A stretch of 64,000 nt of DNA from Burkholderiaceae bacterium (GTDB lineage: Bacteria > Pseudomonadota > Gammaproteobacteria > Burkholderiales > Burkholderiaceae_C). Shown one piece after another: positions 1 to 9,512 of this stretch. The translations under genes and the position numbers were made by a program. The stretch lies in contig JAYSGB010000009.1 of assembly GCA_041913045.1 (NCBI GenBank), positions 9,566-73,565 on the forward strand, given 5' to 3'. How positions within the stretch are numbered: position 1 is the stretch's first letter; each line of letters begins with the position of its first letter. The notes under the pieces were generated by a model. The model did no database searches. It saw nothing but the letters and a program-made list of their open reading frames with translations, and was not told where the DNA came from.

Positions 1-55
1 TCCTGCCTTCCGAATGACCGCTTGCGGAATAAGAAGCCGGTCATAACACACGATG

Positions 56-604
56 CTAAGCGGAGAGCGAGGTCCGATTCATCAATGCATCCAGGGGACT
101 TGCGGTCGTCCCAGCTTGCACTTTGAGGACGTGGGTGTAGATCATCGTTGTGTTCAGTTCCCGATGACCGAGCAGCTCCTGAACCGTTCGAATATCGGTT
201 CCTGCCTGTAATAGGTGCGTGGCAAAGCTATGGCGTAGCGTATGCACCGAAACCGGCTTGTGGATGCCTGCGGGCAACAGCGCCTTCTTGATCGCACGTT
301 GCAATCGCTCATGGAAAAGATGATGGCGACGCACAACGCCACTGCGAGGATCCGTCGAATGGTTCGACGCCGGGAACATCCAGAACCATCCCCAAGTCTG
401 TGCCACCTGCGGATACTTGACCTCCAGGGCGTGAGGCACCTCGACGCCGCTGCGTTGTGCATGGCGGTCCTCTTCCCACAATGAACGGGCGACTAACATC
501 TGCTGGCGCATCGCGGGAATGAGTGATTGCGGCAGCATCACCACTCGGTCTTTTGCGCCCTTGGAGTCACAGCTCTGTCGTGCACAGCGTGACTGCTGCG
601 CAAC
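56..604 (-). pseudogene. intI: integron integrase (IntI-type tyrosine recombinase), 5'-truncated remnant
   Basis: The translation carries the IntI-specific insertion ([29 protein letters not shown]) and the box II/C-terminal motifs ([31 protein letters not shown]). It aligns with roughly the C-terminal half of IntI1 as I recall that sequence. Upstream in frame, [10 protein letters not shown] is still IntI-like. Similarity then fades at about nt 570 and the frame hits a stop at 605-607. No N-terminal half is present. Confidence 0.8.
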
Positions 605-662
605 TTAACATTTCGGCCCAGCGGCGATCGCCTTCGGCGTCGCCTGGCCTCCAACGTTATGC
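603..662 (+). other. attC-like recombination site 1
   Basis: R'' is ACTTAAC (603-609) and fits RYYYAAC. R' is GTTATGC (656-662) and is near GTTRRRY. The internal imperfect palindrome is TAACATTTCGGCCCAGCGGCGA against the reverse complement of GCGTCGCCTGGCCTCCAACGTTA. It has unpaired bases, as is typical of attC. Length is 60 bp. Confidence 0.5.
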
Positions 663-1379
663 CTTGTCGACAGTTATGTGGCTCCGTTATGATACAGGCG
701 TCGAAAAAGACGGGCCGGTATGGTTAGTCCGGCCGTTCCCTGTTAGGGAGCTCTGTTTGGCTTGCCAAACCCGCGACCTTCGTCCGGCGTGCTACGCACG
801 TGGGGAGAGGTCGTGCGCAATACTCTTCTCCATGTCTTTCTCGTTGGGCGATGTTGTTCGGCATTGACCGCAACCATCTTTCAATAGGAGAAAGCATCAT
901 GAAACGTAGAATTTCACTCATCACCCTCGCGGTTGAGAACCTAGAGCGTTCCTTGCATTTTTATCGCGATGGCCTTGGTCTCGCCACGCCAGGAATCATG
1001 GGCACTGAATTTGAGTACGGAGCAGTTGCCTTCTTTGATTTGCAGGCAAATCTTAAACTCGCGCTCTACCCGCGAAAAAGCCTCTCAAAAGATTCAGGGC
1101 TGCCCTTGGGAACTCCAAATGCGCTGGAGTTCAGCATTGGGCACAATGTGTCTTCAAAAGCAGAAGTGAATCAGGTGATGGAACAGGCAAAGAATGCAGG
1201 GGCTGTCATCGTAAAGCCTGCGCAAGACACTTTTTGGGGCGGCTACGCAGGATATTTCCAAGACCCCGATGGTCATCTTTGGGAAATTGCCTGGAACCCG
1301 CAATGGCCTATCCCAGAGTGAGGCATAACATGGCGGTCAAGTGGGACGCGCAAAAAGCCGCGCGCCCCTTACCTTTACG
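657..1379 (+). mobile_element. integron gene cassette (VOC-family gene plus its attC)
   Basis: The cassette starts TTATGC just after the G of site 1 R'. It ends at the G of site 2 R' (GTTAAAA). The R'' of site 2 (GCATAAC) is the exact reverse complement of G+TTATGC. That is the relationship expected for a circularisable cassette. Confidence 0.5.
899..1321 (+). CDS. VOC family protein (glyoxalase/bleomycin-resistance/dioxygenase fold)
   Basis: The ATG at 899 is preceded by AGGAGA. The sequence has MKRRISLITLAVENLERSLHFYRDGLGL and a C-terminal GYFQDPDGHLWEIAWNP, both typical of the VOC superfamily. It lies between the two attC-like sites. Confidence 0.8.
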   Translation: MKRRISLITLAVENLERSLHFYRDGLGLATPGIMGTEFEYGAVAFFDLQANLKLALYPRKSLSKDSGLPLGTPNALEFSIGHNVSSKAEVNQVMEQAKNAGAVIVKPAQDTFWGGYAGYFQDPDGHLWEIAWNPQWPIPE

Positions 1380-1385
1380 TTAAAA
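1323..1385 (+). other. attC-like recombination site 2
   Basis: R'' is GCATAAC (1323-1329) and R' is GTTAAAA (1379-1385). The imperfect inverted repeat is TAACATGGCGGTCAAGTGGGACGCGC against the reverse complement of GCGCGCCCCTTACCTTTACGTTA. It starts 2 nt after the VOC stop codon. Confidence 0.5.
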
Positions 1386-1388
1386 CTC

Positions 1389-1559
1389 ATGATTTCCGAT
1401 CCGGCCTCAGCTCAAGCGGTCTCGCATGCGGCTGAACATTTCTTGGGCGAATTGTCTCGGGCGTTCGAGGCGGCTCGCTCATCGGCGGCACCGGAGGAAT
1501 TCGAGCGCCTGAAGCAGGTGGTTGGCGTAGTGTTAACTGTGCCGCTGCGGGAGGCTTAA
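1389..1559 (+). CDS. hypothetical small protein (possible second cassette ORF)
   Basis: A 56-aa ORF starts right after attC-like site 2. Its stop codon lies inside GCTTAAC (1554-1560), a perfect RYYYAAC. I recognise no family. Confidence 0.3.
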   Translation: MISDPASAQAVSHAAEHFLGELSRAFEAARSSAAPEEFERLKQVVGVVLTVPLREA

Positions 1560-1685
1560 CTGTGCCACCCGAGGTGTTCCAGGGCTAGACCGATGCTCGC
1601 CAGCTCAGAAACCGAAGAGCCCTCGGCCTTCACCGTATCGCAACAGCTAGGTTCTGTTCCAAGTCTGAACTGAAGTGGCCGCGCC

Positions 1686-2609
1686 TCAAGCGTCGCGAAC
1701 CGCCGCGTGCCGAGCCAGCAGTTCGTCGCGAAGCGCAGTCGCCGCAGGACCGCGCACCCGGTCGCGCCGGTGCACCACGTACGCCTGCTCGCGCGACTCG
1801 CCCGCCGGTCCAAGGTTGCGCGAAGGAAGCTTCACGAGCCGCCCGTCGTCGAGAGCCTTCCTCACTGTCCATTCTGGCAGCCGGCCCCAGCCGAGACCGG
1901 CCTCGATCAGGGCCAGCTTGGCCTCCTGCGTGCCGACGCGACAAGTTTGCGGCGACAGTACATTGAAGTCGCGCCCTTTCGACATCGGTGTCGGATCGCT
2001 CAGCACGATCTGCAGTTGCTCGGTGATGTCTTCCAGCCGAACGCCTGCGCATGGGCGAATGCGGGCAGCGAGCGCATGGCTCGCCGCAACGACCGGCACC
2101 ACGGCGACGGTGCCCAGTGGCTCCTTGGTCAGCCGGGCATCGTTCAGGTCGTCGCCGACCGTCACCGCCAGTGCGCAGCGGCCGTCCAGCAATGCCACGA
2201 GCGGCCCTCCCAGGGGCGCAACCTCCAAATGCGGGCGCACGCTGGGATAGCGCTGGTGCACGGAGAGCAGGGCCTCGCCGACGAGCGGCAACGGAAACAA
2301 TGTATCGACGACCACGGGCAACTCGAGCTCTAGCCCCATGCCGACGCCCTGCGCGCGAGCACGCATCGCGTCGACTTTGAGTAGGACGGCGCGCGCATCT
2401 TCCAACAGCGCAATGCCGGCCGACGTGAGCGCCGGGCGCCGCCCGCTGCGGTCGAAGAGCGTGATGCCGAGCTCGGCTTCCAGGCTGGCTACGGCATGGC
2501 TCACCGCAGACTGTGCACGCCGAAGCCGCGCCGCCCCGGCACGAAAGCCGCCGGCTTCGGCAATGGCAACGAAGGTGCGCAACTGGCCTAAGGTCAAAGT
2601 GTCGATCAT
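1686..2609 (-). CDS. LysR-family transcriptional regulator
   Basis: The N-terminal HTH ([42 protein letters not shown]) is followed by a LysR substrate-binding-type C-terminus. It is divergent from wrbA. Confidence 0.9.
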   Translation of the reverse strand: MIDTLTLGQLRTFVAIAEAGGFRAGAARLRRAQSAVSHAVASLEAELGITLFDRSGRRPALTSAGIALLEDARAVLLKVDAMRARAQGVGMGLELELPVVVDTLFPLPLVGEALLSVHQRYPSVRPHLEVAPLGGPLVALLDGRCALAVTVGDDLNDARLTKEPLGTVAVVPVVAASHALAARIRPCAGVRLEDITEQLQIVLSDPTPMSKGRDFNVLSPQTCRVGTQEAKLALIEAGLGWGRLPEWTVRKALDDGRLVKLPSRNLGPAGESREQAYVVHRRDRVRGPAATALRDELLARHAAVRDA

Positions 2610-2709
2610 TGATCTGCTCCATCGATCGTTCTGGTCAATATTATGTGGCTTCCATCGATCGGATCCACGGGTAAGAATGCGTCCGTCAAATCAACAAGGA
2701 GGAAACCAC

Positions 2710-3348
2710 ATGACGATCCGACCCCGTGTTCTGGTGCTGTACTACTCGTCGTACGGCCACGTCGAAGCCCTGGCGCACGCGGTGCGCGAGGGTGCCGAAG
2801 AGGCTGGGGCAGGGGCTCTGCTCAAGCGCGTGCCCGAACTGGTCCCGCTGCAGGTGGCCGAGCGGGTGGGTTACAAGCTGGCGCAGCCCGCGCCCGTTGC
2901 ACGCGTCGAGGAGCTCGCTGAGTACGACGCCATCATCTTCGGCACGCCAACGCGCTTCGGGATGATGGCAGCGCAGATGAAGAACTTCATCGACCAGGCG
3001 GGGGGGCTTTGGGCGCGGGATGCCTTGGTCGGCAAGGTGGGCAGCGTGTTCACTTCTACGGGCTCGCAGCACGGCGGACAGGAGGCTACGCTGCTCTCGA
3101 GCCATGTGCCGCTGCTGCACTTGGGCATGCTCATTGTCGGGCTGCCGTACAGCTTCAAGGGGCAGAACCGCATGGACGAGGTGACGGGTGGCAGCCCCTA
3201 TGGAGCTTCGACCATCGCCGACGATGGGAAAGGCGGCGATAGGCAACCCACCGCGAACGAGCTGGCGGGCGCTCGCTTCCAGGGCGCTCATGTGACGTGC
3301 GTGGCGCGCGACCTGTTGCTCGGGCGGCAGGCCCGAGAAGCGGCATGA
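2710..3348 (+). CDS. wrbA: NAD(P)H:quinone oxidoreductase, WrbA type (flavodoxin-like)
   Basis: Motifs include [41 protein letters not shown] and SQHGGQE. The ATG follows AAGGAGG. Confidence 0.9.
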   Translation: MTIRPRVLVLYYSSYGHVEALAHAVREGAEEAGAGALLKRVPELVPLQVAERVGYKLAQPAPVARVEELAEYDAIIFGTPTRFGMMAAQMKNFIDQAGGLWARDALVGKVGSVFTSTGSQHGGQEATLLSSHVPLLHLGMLIVGLPYSFKGQNRMDEVTGGSPYGASTIADDGKGGDRQPTANELAGARFQGAHVTCVARDLLLGRQAREAA

Positions 3349-4652
3349 CCGCGCCGAATGCCGCGGCCCGCGCATCGCACTGGCCCGTGACCTTGCTGCT
3401 AGTCGGAGCCGGACTCGTCTCCGCCGTGCAGCTTGGCAAAGCACAAGCGGCATTGCAGGCGATGCCGACCGCTCTCGGCCTGTCGCTGGAGCGGGCAGCC
3501 TGGCTGCTCTCCGCCTTCGGCGCCGTGGGCGCGTTATTCGGCATTGCCATCGGCACGGTGACCGATAGGCTGGGAGCACGCCGCACACTGGTGACCGGTC
3601 TCGCGTTGCAGGGCGCGGCATCGGCTGCCGGCGCTGCGGCTCAGGATGCGACGCTGCTGATAGCAAGCCGGCTGGTCGAAGGCGTCGGATTCCTCGCCGT
3701 GATCGTCGCCGCGCCTGCGTTGATCGCGCGTGTCGTTCCCGCCTCGCGCGCCGCGGGACCGATGGCGGCCTGGAGCACCTTCATGCCCGCCGGCATAGCG
3801 CTGGTTTTGCTCACCTCGCCGTGGCTGCTGGCCGCGGGCTGGAGGGCGCTGTGGTGGATGTGCAGCGGTCTCGCAATAACGTATGCGGCACTGGCCGCAT
3901 GGCGCGCACCGCGCGACGGGATCAAGCACTCGCCAGCACAAGGCAGCGACTTACCACTGCATAGAACTCTTCTGGCGCGCGGTCCGCTCACCTTGCTGTG
4001 TTTGTTCATGCTGTACTCCGGCGCGTGGTTCGCCTTGTTCGGACTATTGCCGGTCGTGCTGGCGAGCGGCCTAGCCGCCACGCCGGCTCAGGCCAACATC
4101 CTGACCGCGCTAGCCATCGCGAGCGGTGGCGCCGGCAATCTGGCGGGCGGCGCCCTGATCGCGCGTGGTATGCGGCCCGCCTCTTTGGTAGCGGGAGCGC
4201 TCGGTGTGAGCGCTCTGCTAGCACTTTCGGTGGCCATGCCGTGGCTCGGCTCCTGGCCGCGTTACTGCCTCGTCGTTGCTTTCGCAACGGTGGCCGGTCT
4301 TGTGCCACCGGCGCTCTTCGCCGAAGCGCCGGCGCAGGCTCCGCATGCAACATCTCTGGGCCTCACAATCGGAATGATGATGCAAGGCAACAATCTCGGG
4401 CTCGTCGCCGGACCGGCAGCAGGCGCTGCGCTCACGGCCGCGGGGGGATTGCCTGCGTTGGCGGCTGGTGCGGCCGCAATGGCGGGAGCGGGTGCCTTGG
4501 CCGCAGTGTGGTTGCTGCCCAGGCGCGTGGCCGGCATGCGAACTCTGCAGGCCATCGGAGTCAAGGCGCCACAAGTTCATCACAGTCCCACGGCACGCAG
4601 ATCCATCGGACCTACCGCAGCCGATGCCGATCGGGCGCGTGACGGTCCGTGA
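3345..4652 (+). CDS. MFS transporter
   Basis: About 12 hydrophobic segments. It has an MFS loop motif ([13 protein letters not shown]). The ATGA overlap with the wrbA stop suggests translational coupling. Confidence 0.8.
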   Translation: MTAPNAAARASHWPVTLLLVGAGLVSAVQLGKAQAALQAMPTALGLSLERAAWLLSAFGAVGALFGIAIGTVTDRLGARRTLVTGLALQGAASAAGAAAQDATLLIASRLVEGVGFLAVIVAAPALIARVVPASRAAGPMAAWSTFMPAGIALVLLTSPWLLAAGWRALWWMCSGLAITYAALAAWRAPRDGIKHSPAQGSDLPLHRTLLARGPLTLLCLFMLYSGAWFALFGLLPVVLASGLAATPAQANILTALAIASGGAGNLAGGALIARGMRPASLVAGALGVSALLALSVAMPWLGSWPRYCLVVAFATVAGLVPPALFAEAPAQAPHATSLGLTIGMMMQGNNLGLVAGPAAGAALTAAGGLPALAAGAAAMAGAGALAAVWLLPRRVAGMRTLQAIGVKAPQVHHSPTARRSIGPTAADADRARDGP

Positions 4653-4807
4653 CAGTAGACTACATGAACGCGCCTTGTGTCATGTGACGCGCGTGTGCTG
4701 TGTTGAGTCGCTGCGGGCATTGTCCGATACGCACGAGTGCACGATTGCGACGACGTTGCGCTTACCGTCCCCTGTCCGGGTGCGATGCCGCCGCGACCAG
4801 TCGTGCA

Positions 4808-5326
4808 ATGGTCACTGGCTCAGCTAAGACGGCCAAGAACTCTGCGCAACTCTGGAGCGCAGGTGATCCTTCGAGATTGGAGCAACAATTGAATCAAACC
4901 GAGCAACGTGCAGCTGTGCTTCGCTTTGTGAAAAAGGTAGAGACAGCGATGTGGAACCGTGATGCCGATACATTCCTGAGCCTCTTCCGCCCTGATGCTG
5001 TCTGGACCAATCCCTTCGGGCGCAGGCTGACCGGTCTGGACGAGATCGCACCGTTCACTCGCCAGGGCCTGGCCGCCACACCGCCAGATACCTTTGTGAC
5101 CTATGAGCTCGAGCATTTGCAGTTTCTGGGCGAGAACGTCGCCGTGTGCAACATTCGAACTCGTGCGGTGACCGCGAACAGAGTCCCCGTTCAGAGCGAG
5201 AGTGATGGCGAAAAACTGTACGTTCTGGTGCACGAAGAGTCCGGCTGGAAGTTCGCCGCGGCTCACAACATTCTTGTCAACGAGGGTTCGATCGCCGCGC
5301 AACGAAAGGTCCTCGAGGGGACGTAG
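4808..5326 (+). CDS. SnoaL-like / SgcJ-EcaC family (DUF4440-like) protein
   Basis: The MWNRDADTFLSLFRPDAVWTNPFGRRLTGLDEI pattern and the C-terminal W.F...HN are typical of the NTF2-like SgcJ/EcaC family. The start codon is uncertain (the ORF opens at 4700). Confidence 0.6.
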   Translation: MVTGSAKTAKNSAQLWSAGDPSRLEQQLNQTEQRAAVLRFVKKVETAMWNRDADTFLSLFRPDAVWTNPFGRRLTGLDEIAPFTRQGLAATPPDTFVTYELEHLQFLGENVAVCNIRTRAVTANRVPVQSESDGEKLYVLVHEESGWKFAAAHNILVNEGSIAAQRKVLEGT

Positions 5327-5501
5327 ACGTTGAAGGGCGGCTCTTTCTGGCACTGACCGACCGCAATTTGGCCGTAACCAGACGCTCCGGATCCCGAAGT
5401 GGCAGGCCGCAATCGCTGCAAACCGGGTACTCAGACTAGGTTCACCCGCTACTCAGAGAATTGGACTAACAGTTTGTCTGGACTGTCCAAGGGCGAGGTG
5501 G

Positions 5502-5645
5502 CTAGAAACATGTGTTATAGTCACGGCCAAGTTGAGAGCAGCGCTTGGGTACAAAAGCTGAACAAACCTTGTTCGCGAAATTGATCTAAGTAGTTGATCT
5601 TAAAGGTATTTCGATTTTGGCTGCAGTGTCCCGTGCACTCCACCA
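5502..5645 (+). repeat. 144-bp repeat A, copy 1 (ends in a tRNA-3'-end-like CCCGTGCACTCCACCA)
   Basis: Aligns colinearly by eye, without net length change, with 53373-53516. Shared blocks are CTAGAAAC, GTTGAGA, GGGTACAAAAG, CTAAGT, TTAAAGGTATTTC, ATTTTGGCTG and AGTGTCCCGT. A weak hairpin plus T-run follows at 5660-5682. Confidence 0.7.
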
Positions 5646-5692
5646 AAATTTGAGAAAATGCCCACTAAGTGGCTATTTTTTTGTCCAGGTTT

Positions 5693-5768
5693 GACCCTAT
5701 CGTCTAGAGGCCTAGGACATCACCCTTTCACGGTGAGTACCGGGGTTCGAATCCCCGTAGGGTCGCCA
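5693..5768 (+). tRNA. tRNA-Glu (anticodon TTC)
   Basis: 76 nt. The acceptor stem GACCCTA pairs with TAGGGTC. The D-arm is GTCTAGAGGCCTAGGAC, the anticodon loop is CTTTCAC, the T-arm is GGGGTTCGAATCCCC and the 3' end is GCCA. Closely resembles E. coli tRNA-Glu. Confidence 0.95.
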
Positions 5769-5774
5769 CTACCA

Positions 5775-5851
5775 GGAGTGGTAGTTCAGTTGGTTAGAAT
5801 ACCGGCCTGTCACGCCGGGGGTCGCGGGTTCGAGCCCCGTCCACTCCGCCA
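5775..5851 (+). tRNA. tRNA-Asp (anticodon GTC)
   Basis: 77 nt: GGAGTGGTAGTTCAGTTGGTTAGAATACCGGCCTGTCACGCCGGGGGTCGCGGGTTCGAGCCCCGTCCACTCCGCCA. Near-identical architecture to E. coli tRNA-Asp. Confidence 0.95.
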
Positions 5852-5970
5852 ACAATACGAAAGCCGTTGTGATTTATTGATTCGCAACGGCTTTTTCCTT
5901 TGCGCGTTACACCGTTTACGCATCAGTGTTGCTGCCCCGAAGCGGCTTCGAAGAAGTAGCCACGGTGGAG
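5802..5970 (+). repeat. direct repeat B, copy 1 (attL-type: last 50 nt of tRNA-Asp plus ~120 nt flank)
   Basis: The 50 nt CCGGCCTGTCAC...CCACTCCGCCA recurs exactly at 21982-22031. The downstream flank (hairpin AGCCGTTG..CAACGGCT, then TTTTTCCTTTGCGCGTTACACCGTTTACGCA.CAGTGTTGCTGCCCCGAAGCGGC.TCGAAGAAGTAGCCACGGTGGAG) recurs at 22032-22155 with a few substitutions and a different hairpin loop. Confidence 0.9.
5862..5897 (+). terminator. intrinsic terminator after tRNA-Asp
   Basis: An 8-bp stem (AGCCGTTG / CAACGGCT) is followed by TTTTT. Confidence 0.7.
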
Positions 5971-6245
5971 CAGTCCCGACTGACTTCGCGAAGCGTTCCG
6001 AGGCCCTCGCCACGGAGCATAGCTATGTCCCACGTCCGGGCAGCTGCGAGCTATTTCAAGCTGGTTCCTGAAACTACCAGCCTTTGCCGCAGTACATGTG
6101 CCGGCGCGCCAGCGTCTGTCACTTCAATCTCAAGGTCCCGGCAGAAGTGTTGAATCACAACGAAAACTGGGCCATTTTTGGGGTCAGTTTGTACGGTGAA
6201 TCAACATTCTGACCTTGCCCTCGAAATGTGAATCCCATAACTGAG

Positions 6246-7142
6246 TCACATGTTCGCTGTTTTCGGCTGTGCCGCGAGCCAGCGTTGCTCGTATTGCATG
6301 GGGCTGATGTAGCCCAGCGTCGAATGCAGCCTGCGGCTGTTGTACCAGAGCAGCCAGTCGATGACTTCATCCTTAGCGGCTCGGCGGGTTTGAAACCGCA
6401 TGCCATACAGCCGCTCCACCTTGAGTGACCCGAACAGGGTTTCGCTGCACGCATTGTCCCAGCAGTCGCCCTTGCGGCTCATGGAGCTGCGCATACCGTA
6501 GCCCTTGAGCAGGCCTTGGAAGTCGCTGCTGCAATACTGGCTACCCCGGTCGCTGTGGAAGATGAGGCCGCTGCGCTTGTCTGGGCAGCGGCGGAACCAC
6601 GCCATGCGCAGGGCGTCCATGACCAACTGGCGCGTCATGCGCTCACCCAGGCTCCAGCCCACCACCTGGCGGCTGAACAGGTCGATGACCACGGCCAGGT
6701 ACAACCAGCCTTCGTCGGTGGCGATGTAGGTGATGTCACCCGCCCAGGCCTGGTCGGGGGCCGCCACATTGAATCGACGCTCCAGCAGGTTGGGCGCCAC
6801 TGGCAAGTTGTGCCGACTGTTGGTAGTGGCCTTGAAACGCCGCTTGCCTCGTGCCTTGATGCCGTGTTGCTGCATGAGCTTGCGTACCCGGTCTTTGCCC
6901 ACCCGAATACCACGCGCAACCAACTCCTTCCACACCCGTGGCCAGCCGTAGCTGCCTTTGCTCTCGGCGTGGATGGCTTTGATGTGCACCAGCAAGGCAT
7001 CGTCGCTCAGGCGGTTGCGCTCAACGCCTTGTGCCTGGCGCGTGAAGTGCTGGTGGTAGCCGCCAGGGCTCACGCCCAACACTTCGCACATCACCGACAC
7101 CGGCCAGCGGCTACGCTGTCGCTGGATAAATGCGTACTTCAC
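6246..7142 (-). CDS. IS3-family transposase OrfB (DDE / rve integrase core)
   Basis: Motifs include WAGDITYI..WLYLAVVIDLFSR.VVGW, HSDRGSQY and NACSETLFGSLK.E, a typical IS3 DDE domain. Its GTG start overlaps the orfA stop (GTGA). It is probably made as an OrfAB fusion by -1 frameshifting. Confidence 0.9.
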   Translation of the reverse strand: MKYAFIQRQRSRWPVSVMCEVLGVSPGGYHQHFTRQAQGVERNRLSDDALLVHIKAIHAESKGSYGWPRVWKELVARGIRVGKDRVRKLMQQHGIKARGKRRFKATTNSRHNLPVAPNLLERRFNVAAPDQAWAGDITYIATDEGWLYLAVVIDLFSRQVVGWSLGERMTRQLVMDALRMAWFRRCPDKRSGLIFHSDRGSQYCSSDFQGLLKGYGMRSSMSRKGDCWDNACSETLFGSLKVERLYGMRFQTRRAAKDEVIDWLLWYNSRRLHSTLGYISPMQYEQRWLAAQPKTANM

Positions 7143-7432
7143 AGCGACTCTTTCGCGAAGTACGCCGTGGCCTTTTTTAGGATGTCGCGCTCCATCTTGA
7201 CCCGCGCCAACTCAGCACGCAACCGGCTGATTTCCATCTGCTCAGCACTCACCGGCTTGCTGTCCGCCCCTGTAAGCCGACCTTCCCGACTGGCCTTGAC
7301 CCAGTTGAACAAGGTCTGCTCCACCAGCCCAAGGCTGCGCGAGACCGCCGCCATGCTCTGCCCCGATTGCACCAGCCGCACCGCCTCCTGCTTGAACTCC
7401 AGCGTGTAGCGCGACCTCACCGTCTTCGTCAT
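7139..7432 (-). CDS. IS3-family transposase OrfA (HTH)
   Basis: Contains MTKTVRSRYTLEFKQEAVRLVQSGQSMAAVSRSLGLVEQTLFNWVK and a leucine-zipper-like C-terminus. Confidence 0.9.
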   Translation of the reverse strand: MTKTVRSRYTLEFKQEAVRLVQSGQSMAAVSRSLGLVEQTLFNWVKASREGRLTGADSKPVSAEQMEISRLRAELARVKMERDILKKATAYFAKESL

Positions 7433-7495
7433 TCCATCTCTCCTTGCCTGTATTGAATCACTCAGCAAGAGATTCGTTTTTCAGGGGCAAGGTCA

Positions 7496-8767
7496 TTTCT
7501 CTCCTGGGCGCTAGTGGATACCACCGCTGCGCTTACGCAGGTTGGCTCTTCAGCAAAAGAGACAGAGAGGGCGATCAGCGAGCTTCTTAAGGTCGCAGGG
7601 GGCAAATTTTTGACGTCTCTGGCGGGACTTTTCGCATCCATCGTCTGGACTTACAAGTCCAAAAGGGCATTGAATGAACTGAATGGTGCCTGTGGGGCAC
7701 TGTTGGAAGCTTTGAGCAGGCTCGCGCCACCAAACGGTGCCGAGTTGCTTTTGCGCCAAAAGCTGGAGGTCGCCAAGGACTCGTTAGGCCTATCCGAAGA
7801 GATGTTGACAGAAGCGCGGGAGCAGACTGGAACTTTCAAGCGGTTTGAAACAGATCTGGCGGTCACTTTAGCGGGGGCTATCACTAAGTCGTTCTCCCCT
7901 CAAATGGAAGCGATGACCGCTAAGTTGGTGGCATCCATTGATGGGCTCAGCGACAAGCTGGGAACAATGAATCAGGAAGCGCTGCAAAAGATGCTTCAAG
8001 ATTTCGCTGTCATGCTCAAACAGGAAACGGATTCGGAAATGGCTCAACTACGGCAAACCTTGTCTGAGTTGGCTGGAAAGCTCGAAGGTGCCGGTGCGAC
8101 ATTGGGTAAGGGGGCAGAGGGAGCGGCCACCGCAATCAACGATGCTGGCGCTCAGTTGGTTGCCAGAGTGCAAGAGATTTCACAGAACCTCTCAACTGGA
8201 GCCTCGAATTTGGAGGTTGCCGCTGGATCGGTGAAGCTGGCGATGAATGATCTGGAGGTAACCATGATGGAAGCATCCAACATCGGCAAGCGTGGCGCAC
8301 TTTTTGTGAACGAAGCACTGGAGAAAACAGGAAAAACCGTCCAAAGCCTTGATTCCATATCAGGTGGACTGGCAGATGCTGCGACCGCACTTCAGTCAGT
8401 AAGTGGGAAGATTGGCGAGGTGGTCGACAACGTCGAGGAACTGTCGCGTGAGCAAAGAGCTGTCGTATCAGCTGTGCGTGAGGTCGCCCCCGCTGCGCAG
8501 GCAGCGGTTGAGCGAGTCGCTTCGGTCCTCGAAGTGGCTGGCAGGCAATCTAAAGAGTCTATAGAAGCCACTGCAGCCACCTTGACGCGGACCGTCGCTT
8601 CTATCACCGAAGGGGTGACGTCGTATACAGACCAAGTGGCAGATCTTCACCGCAAGATGGACGGTCAATTGGCCAAGGCTGTGGGCAGTTTTGACAAAGG
8701 CGTCAGTGAGCTTTCGGAGTCTGTCGAAGAGCTGGCCGAAATCATGCAGAAGTCCAAGAGGGCGTGA
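7496..8767 (+). pseudogene. zorA: zorA (Zorya MotA/ExbB-like stator subunit), 5'-truncated at the IS3 boundary
   Basis: The reading frame is open from the first base after the IS end. Only one hydrophobic helix remains (FLTSLAGLFASIVWTY). It is followed by ~370 aa of Ala/Glu/Leu-rich coiled-coil-type sequence, as in a ZorA tail. The N-terminal membrane domain is absent. The call rests on context with zorBCD. Confidence 0.7.
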
Positions 8768-9510
8768 TCATGTTGCTACATCGGTCTACCTCTGAACATG
8801 GCCTAAGTGATGAACCGGAACACAGTTATCTTGCATCAGCAGCGGATTTGATGATCGGATTGCTTTTTGTGTTCATCATCATGGTGGCATTTCTTGCATT
8901 GCAGAAAAAGGCTGAGCAAGAAGCTCGTGCTGGCGACAGAGATCCTCGGGGTGCGGTCACGATAGCAATTGGTGAGGAAATTCGAAAGACTTTACCCACG
9001 GTCAAGGTGGACCCGTCTAGTGGGGTGATCACATTGCCGGAAGACTTGTTGTTTGATATAGGGAGTTCTGTGCTCAAGGAGTCGGCGGTTGAAAGGCTCG
9101 GAGAGACATCAAAAAAGTTAGCAGAGGTCTTGAGGTGTTTTGTCGCCAATCAAATGACTAAGTTAACGTGTAAACAGAATCCATTTGGTCATCAGATTGA
9201 GACCATATTTATTGAAGGTCATACCGATAGTCGGCCCATGAATCGGCTTGGTGGCAATATCAAGCTCTCTCTTGATCGCGCCATTTCGGTCAACGCGGCT
9301 CTGGTTCAAGGAACCTCTTTGTCTGGATTCAAAAACAAGAACGAACATCCTGTTTTTTCCTACAGTGCGTATGCGGAAAGCCGTCCTCTGATTAAGGAAG
9401 ATCCTTCAGATGGTCGGAATCGACGCGTCGACTTGAGAATCGTCTTGACATACAAGCCAGCCGATGCCGATACGCAAATTGATGCAGTGAGTTCAGCTGT
9501 TAAAAACTGA
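8764..9510 (+). CDS. zorB: ZorB (MotB/OmpA-like, peptidoglycan-binding)
   Basis: The N-terminal TM helix has the conserved Asp (SAADLMIGLLFVFIIMV). The C-terminal domain is OmpA-like (IFIEGHTDSRP....N..LSLDRA..V.....RRVDLRIV). Its start overlaps the zorA stop (GTGA). Confidence 0.85.
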   Translation: MIMLLHRSTSEHGLSDEPEHSYLASAADLMIGLLFVFIIMVAFLALQKKAEQEARAGDRDPRGAVTIAIGEEIRKTLPTVKVDPSSGVITLPEDLLFDIGSSVLKESAVERLGETSKKLAEVLRCFVANQMTKLTCKQNPFGHQIETIFIEGHTDSRPMNRLGGNIKLSLDRAISVNAALVQGTSLSGFKNKNEHPVFSYSAYAESRPLIKEDPSDGRNRRVDLRIVLTYKPADADTQIDAVSSAVKN

Positions 9511-9512
9511 AA

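Larger units (their letters stand above)
6210..7495 (-). mobile_element. IS3-family insertion sequence (1286 bp)
   Basis: The terminal inverted repeats are TGACCTTGCCCTCGAAATGTGAATC (6210-) and the reverse complement of GATTCGTTTTTCAGGGGCAAGGTCA (-7495). It has two overlapping transposase ORFs. An A6G slippery motif (CTAAAAAAGG on the coding strand, about 7171-7180) lies near the end of orfA. The flanks (CATTC / TTTCT) show no matching target-site duplication. Confidence 0.9.

Noticed and set aside
1531-1690. A third attC site after the second cassette ORF.
   Set aside because: RYYYAAC-like boxes exist (TGTTAAC at 1531, GCTTAAC at 1554). I could not find a matching GTTRRRY box or a convincing palindrome before the LysR gene, so it is left unresolved rather than called.
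1630-3666. Long overlapping ORFs (1630-2622 minus, 1675-2250 plus, 2686-3666 minus and others) rich in Arg/Ala/Gly/Pro.
   Set aside because: They lie antisense or out of frame to clearly recognisable LysR, WrbA and MFS genes. Their composition is typical of GC-driven shadow ORFs.
5658-6071. 137-aa ORF (and its twin at 21828-22211) spanning the tRNA genes and the direct repeat.
   Set aside because: It reads straight through tRNA-Glu and tRNA-Asp. The shared FFLCALHRLR.SVAAPKR.RRSSHGG peptide is just the translated direct repeat.
5971-6209. Possibility that this stretch encodes the missing N-terminus of ZorA (an ORF ending ..NENWAIFGVSLYGESTF at the IS boundary).
   Set aside because: It has only ~38 codons after a stop, no MotA/ExbB-like membrane domain, and contains an arm-site-like motif. 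Island arm DNA is the more likely explanation.
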